From: an uncultured bacterium
GTDB taxonomy: Bacteria; Auribacterota; Erginobacteria; Erginobacterales; Erginobacteraceae
DNA: 64,000 bases
Direction: 5' to 3'
Assembly: GCA_963822585.1 (NCBI GenBank)
Contig: CAWGIE010000033.1
Coordinates: 96,001-160,000, forward strand
Shown piece by piece: positions 62,964-64,000 of this stretch. The translations under genes and the position numbers were made by a program. The stretch's first letter is position 1. Each line of letters starts with the position of its first letter. Below the pieces are notes generated by a model. That model worked only from the letters and a program-made list of their open reading frames with translations. It did not search any database and was not told the DNA's origin.

Positions 62964-64000
62964 TTAAAAGGATAGAGATGCTTCTCCCCACAGCCAGCGT
63001 CCCGGCATCGGGTACCCTTCCACCGTCTGGTAGTTTTCATCAAAAACATTATTCACCTTGAAGGTCAGGACCGCGAACGTATTCAGATCGCAGCTGAGCT
63101 TGAGATCGGTAACACAGTAATCCTCGTCCCGATCGCTGAAGCGGAGGCCATCAACCAGGCTGGTCGTGCTCTGGAGGGAGAAGGCGCGCCAGATAAAACG
63201 GTTGATCCACTGCAGAACATGGGGGGCCAGGCCGTCCACCCGGTGATTCTGGTCAAGATAGGTATAGGAAAGGAGCGACTCAAACCAGGAACAGGGGGTC
63301 ACCACCCCGGTCAGCTCGACGCCCTTATTCACCAGGCCGCCGGTATTCTCCGCCTGGGGGGGGGTGAAGACGATCAGGTTGTCGGCATCGATGTAGTAGC
63401 CGGTAAGATCGAGGGCGAAGAAGTCGCCGAAATTCCGGCGAACCCCCAACTCGCTGCTCCAGGCTTCCTCGGGTTCCAGATCCAGGGACGAGGGAGGGAA
63501 GATATAGAGATCGCGGATGGTGGGGGCTCGGTAACCCCGGGATACCTGCCCGTGTAAAACCGTGTCTTTAAAAAGCAGGTAGCGGGCGCCGAAGCGGGGG
63601 AGGACTTCCGAAGCGGCATGCTCGGCCAGCTCCAGGCGGCATCCCGCCTGGAGCGTCAGAGAATCCCAGAACGTCTGCTGATCATCGAGATAGATGCCGC
63701 CCCGGGTTTCCAAGTAGCGGCCGTAATCCACATCCATCTTCGTGTTCTCCGCGTCGCCCTCCGCCTGCTGGATATCACCGCCGACTTCCACCCGATTCTC
63801 TTCGGTTAAGATAATGGACTGGTACCCCGTCATCCCCAGGGTCCGGTCGTGGGACTTCCAGCCGTCGTAGCCGGTAAAATCATGCCTCCCCCGCTGGCCG
63901 TATACCGTCACGGCGCCCCGGGTCTCGGCGAAGGTATTATATAATGTCAAACCGCCGCCGCCGCGGAGGACGTCCCGGGTATCGTCGGGATGGGGATCGG
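62964..64000 (-). CDS. TonB-dependent outer-membrane receptor (5' end outside window)
   Basis: RGYRAPTIRDLY, LEPE, NNVFDENY...GYPMPGR, C-terminal Phe. Confidence 0.9.
   Translation of the reverse strand, partial: DPHPDDTRDVLRGGGGLTLYNTFAETRGAVTVYGQRGRHDFTGYDGWKSHDRTLGMTGYQSIILTEENRVEVGGDIQQAEGDAENTKMDVDYGRYLETRGGIYLDDQQTFWDSLTLQAGCRLELAEHAASEVLPRFGARYLLFKDTVLHGQVSRGYRAPTIRDLYIFPPSSLDLEPEEAWSSELGVRRNFGDFFALDLTGYYIDADNLIVFTPPQAENTGGLVNKGVELTGVVTPCSWFESLLSYTYLDQNHRVDGLAPHVLQWINRFIWRAFSLQSTTSLVDGLRFSDRDEDYCVTDLKLSCDLNTFAVLTFKVNNVFDENYQTVEGYPMPGRWLWGEASLSF

Noticed and set aside
61757..64000. Calling the TonB receptor operon a cobalamin (btuB) locus
   Set aside because: Plausible, but the 5' end and any riboswitch lie outside the window, so the substrate cannot be supported.

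Overview
GC-rich bacterial DNA. Many indels occur in the first ~28 kb, and two stretches look like consensus failure (22.76-24.32 kb poly-T; 25.84-27.9 kb purine-rich). The Tol-Pal/LysM layout and the C-terminal 'GDYDGDG...GLW.IRG..R.YFG..GD.PVTR' repeat domain suggest a diderm PVC-related candidate lineage (recalled resemblance to Ca. Auribacterota; not verified). Contents in order: secreted proteins with a C-terminal FG-GAP-like repeat domain; a ~28-kb surface-glycosylation region (GT-C/PMT-like transferases, SGNH proteins, methyltransferases, GT2s, rfbF/rfbG); nupC; a stand-alone lpxA; three tandem paralogous Pol-beta-fold nucleotidyltransferases resembling the largely archaeal COG1665 family, with a fourth copy ~19 kb away; a hybrid kinase; tolQRAB-pal-pal-LysM; a UvrD helicase; a peptide-type ABC system with adenosine deaminase and a D-aminoacylase; a low-GC RAYT-like HUH transposase with perfect 31-bp terminal inverted repeats; and the 3' part of a TonB receptor/ECF-S/methyltransferase operon. 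The best candidates for undescribed biology are (1) the four-paralog nucleotidyltransferase set, whose triplet has a near-consensus promoter and is bracketed by twin ~46-54-bp palindromes, and (2) inverted 7-, 8- and 9-nt micro-repeat elements with nested REP-like hairpins in many intergenic spaces.
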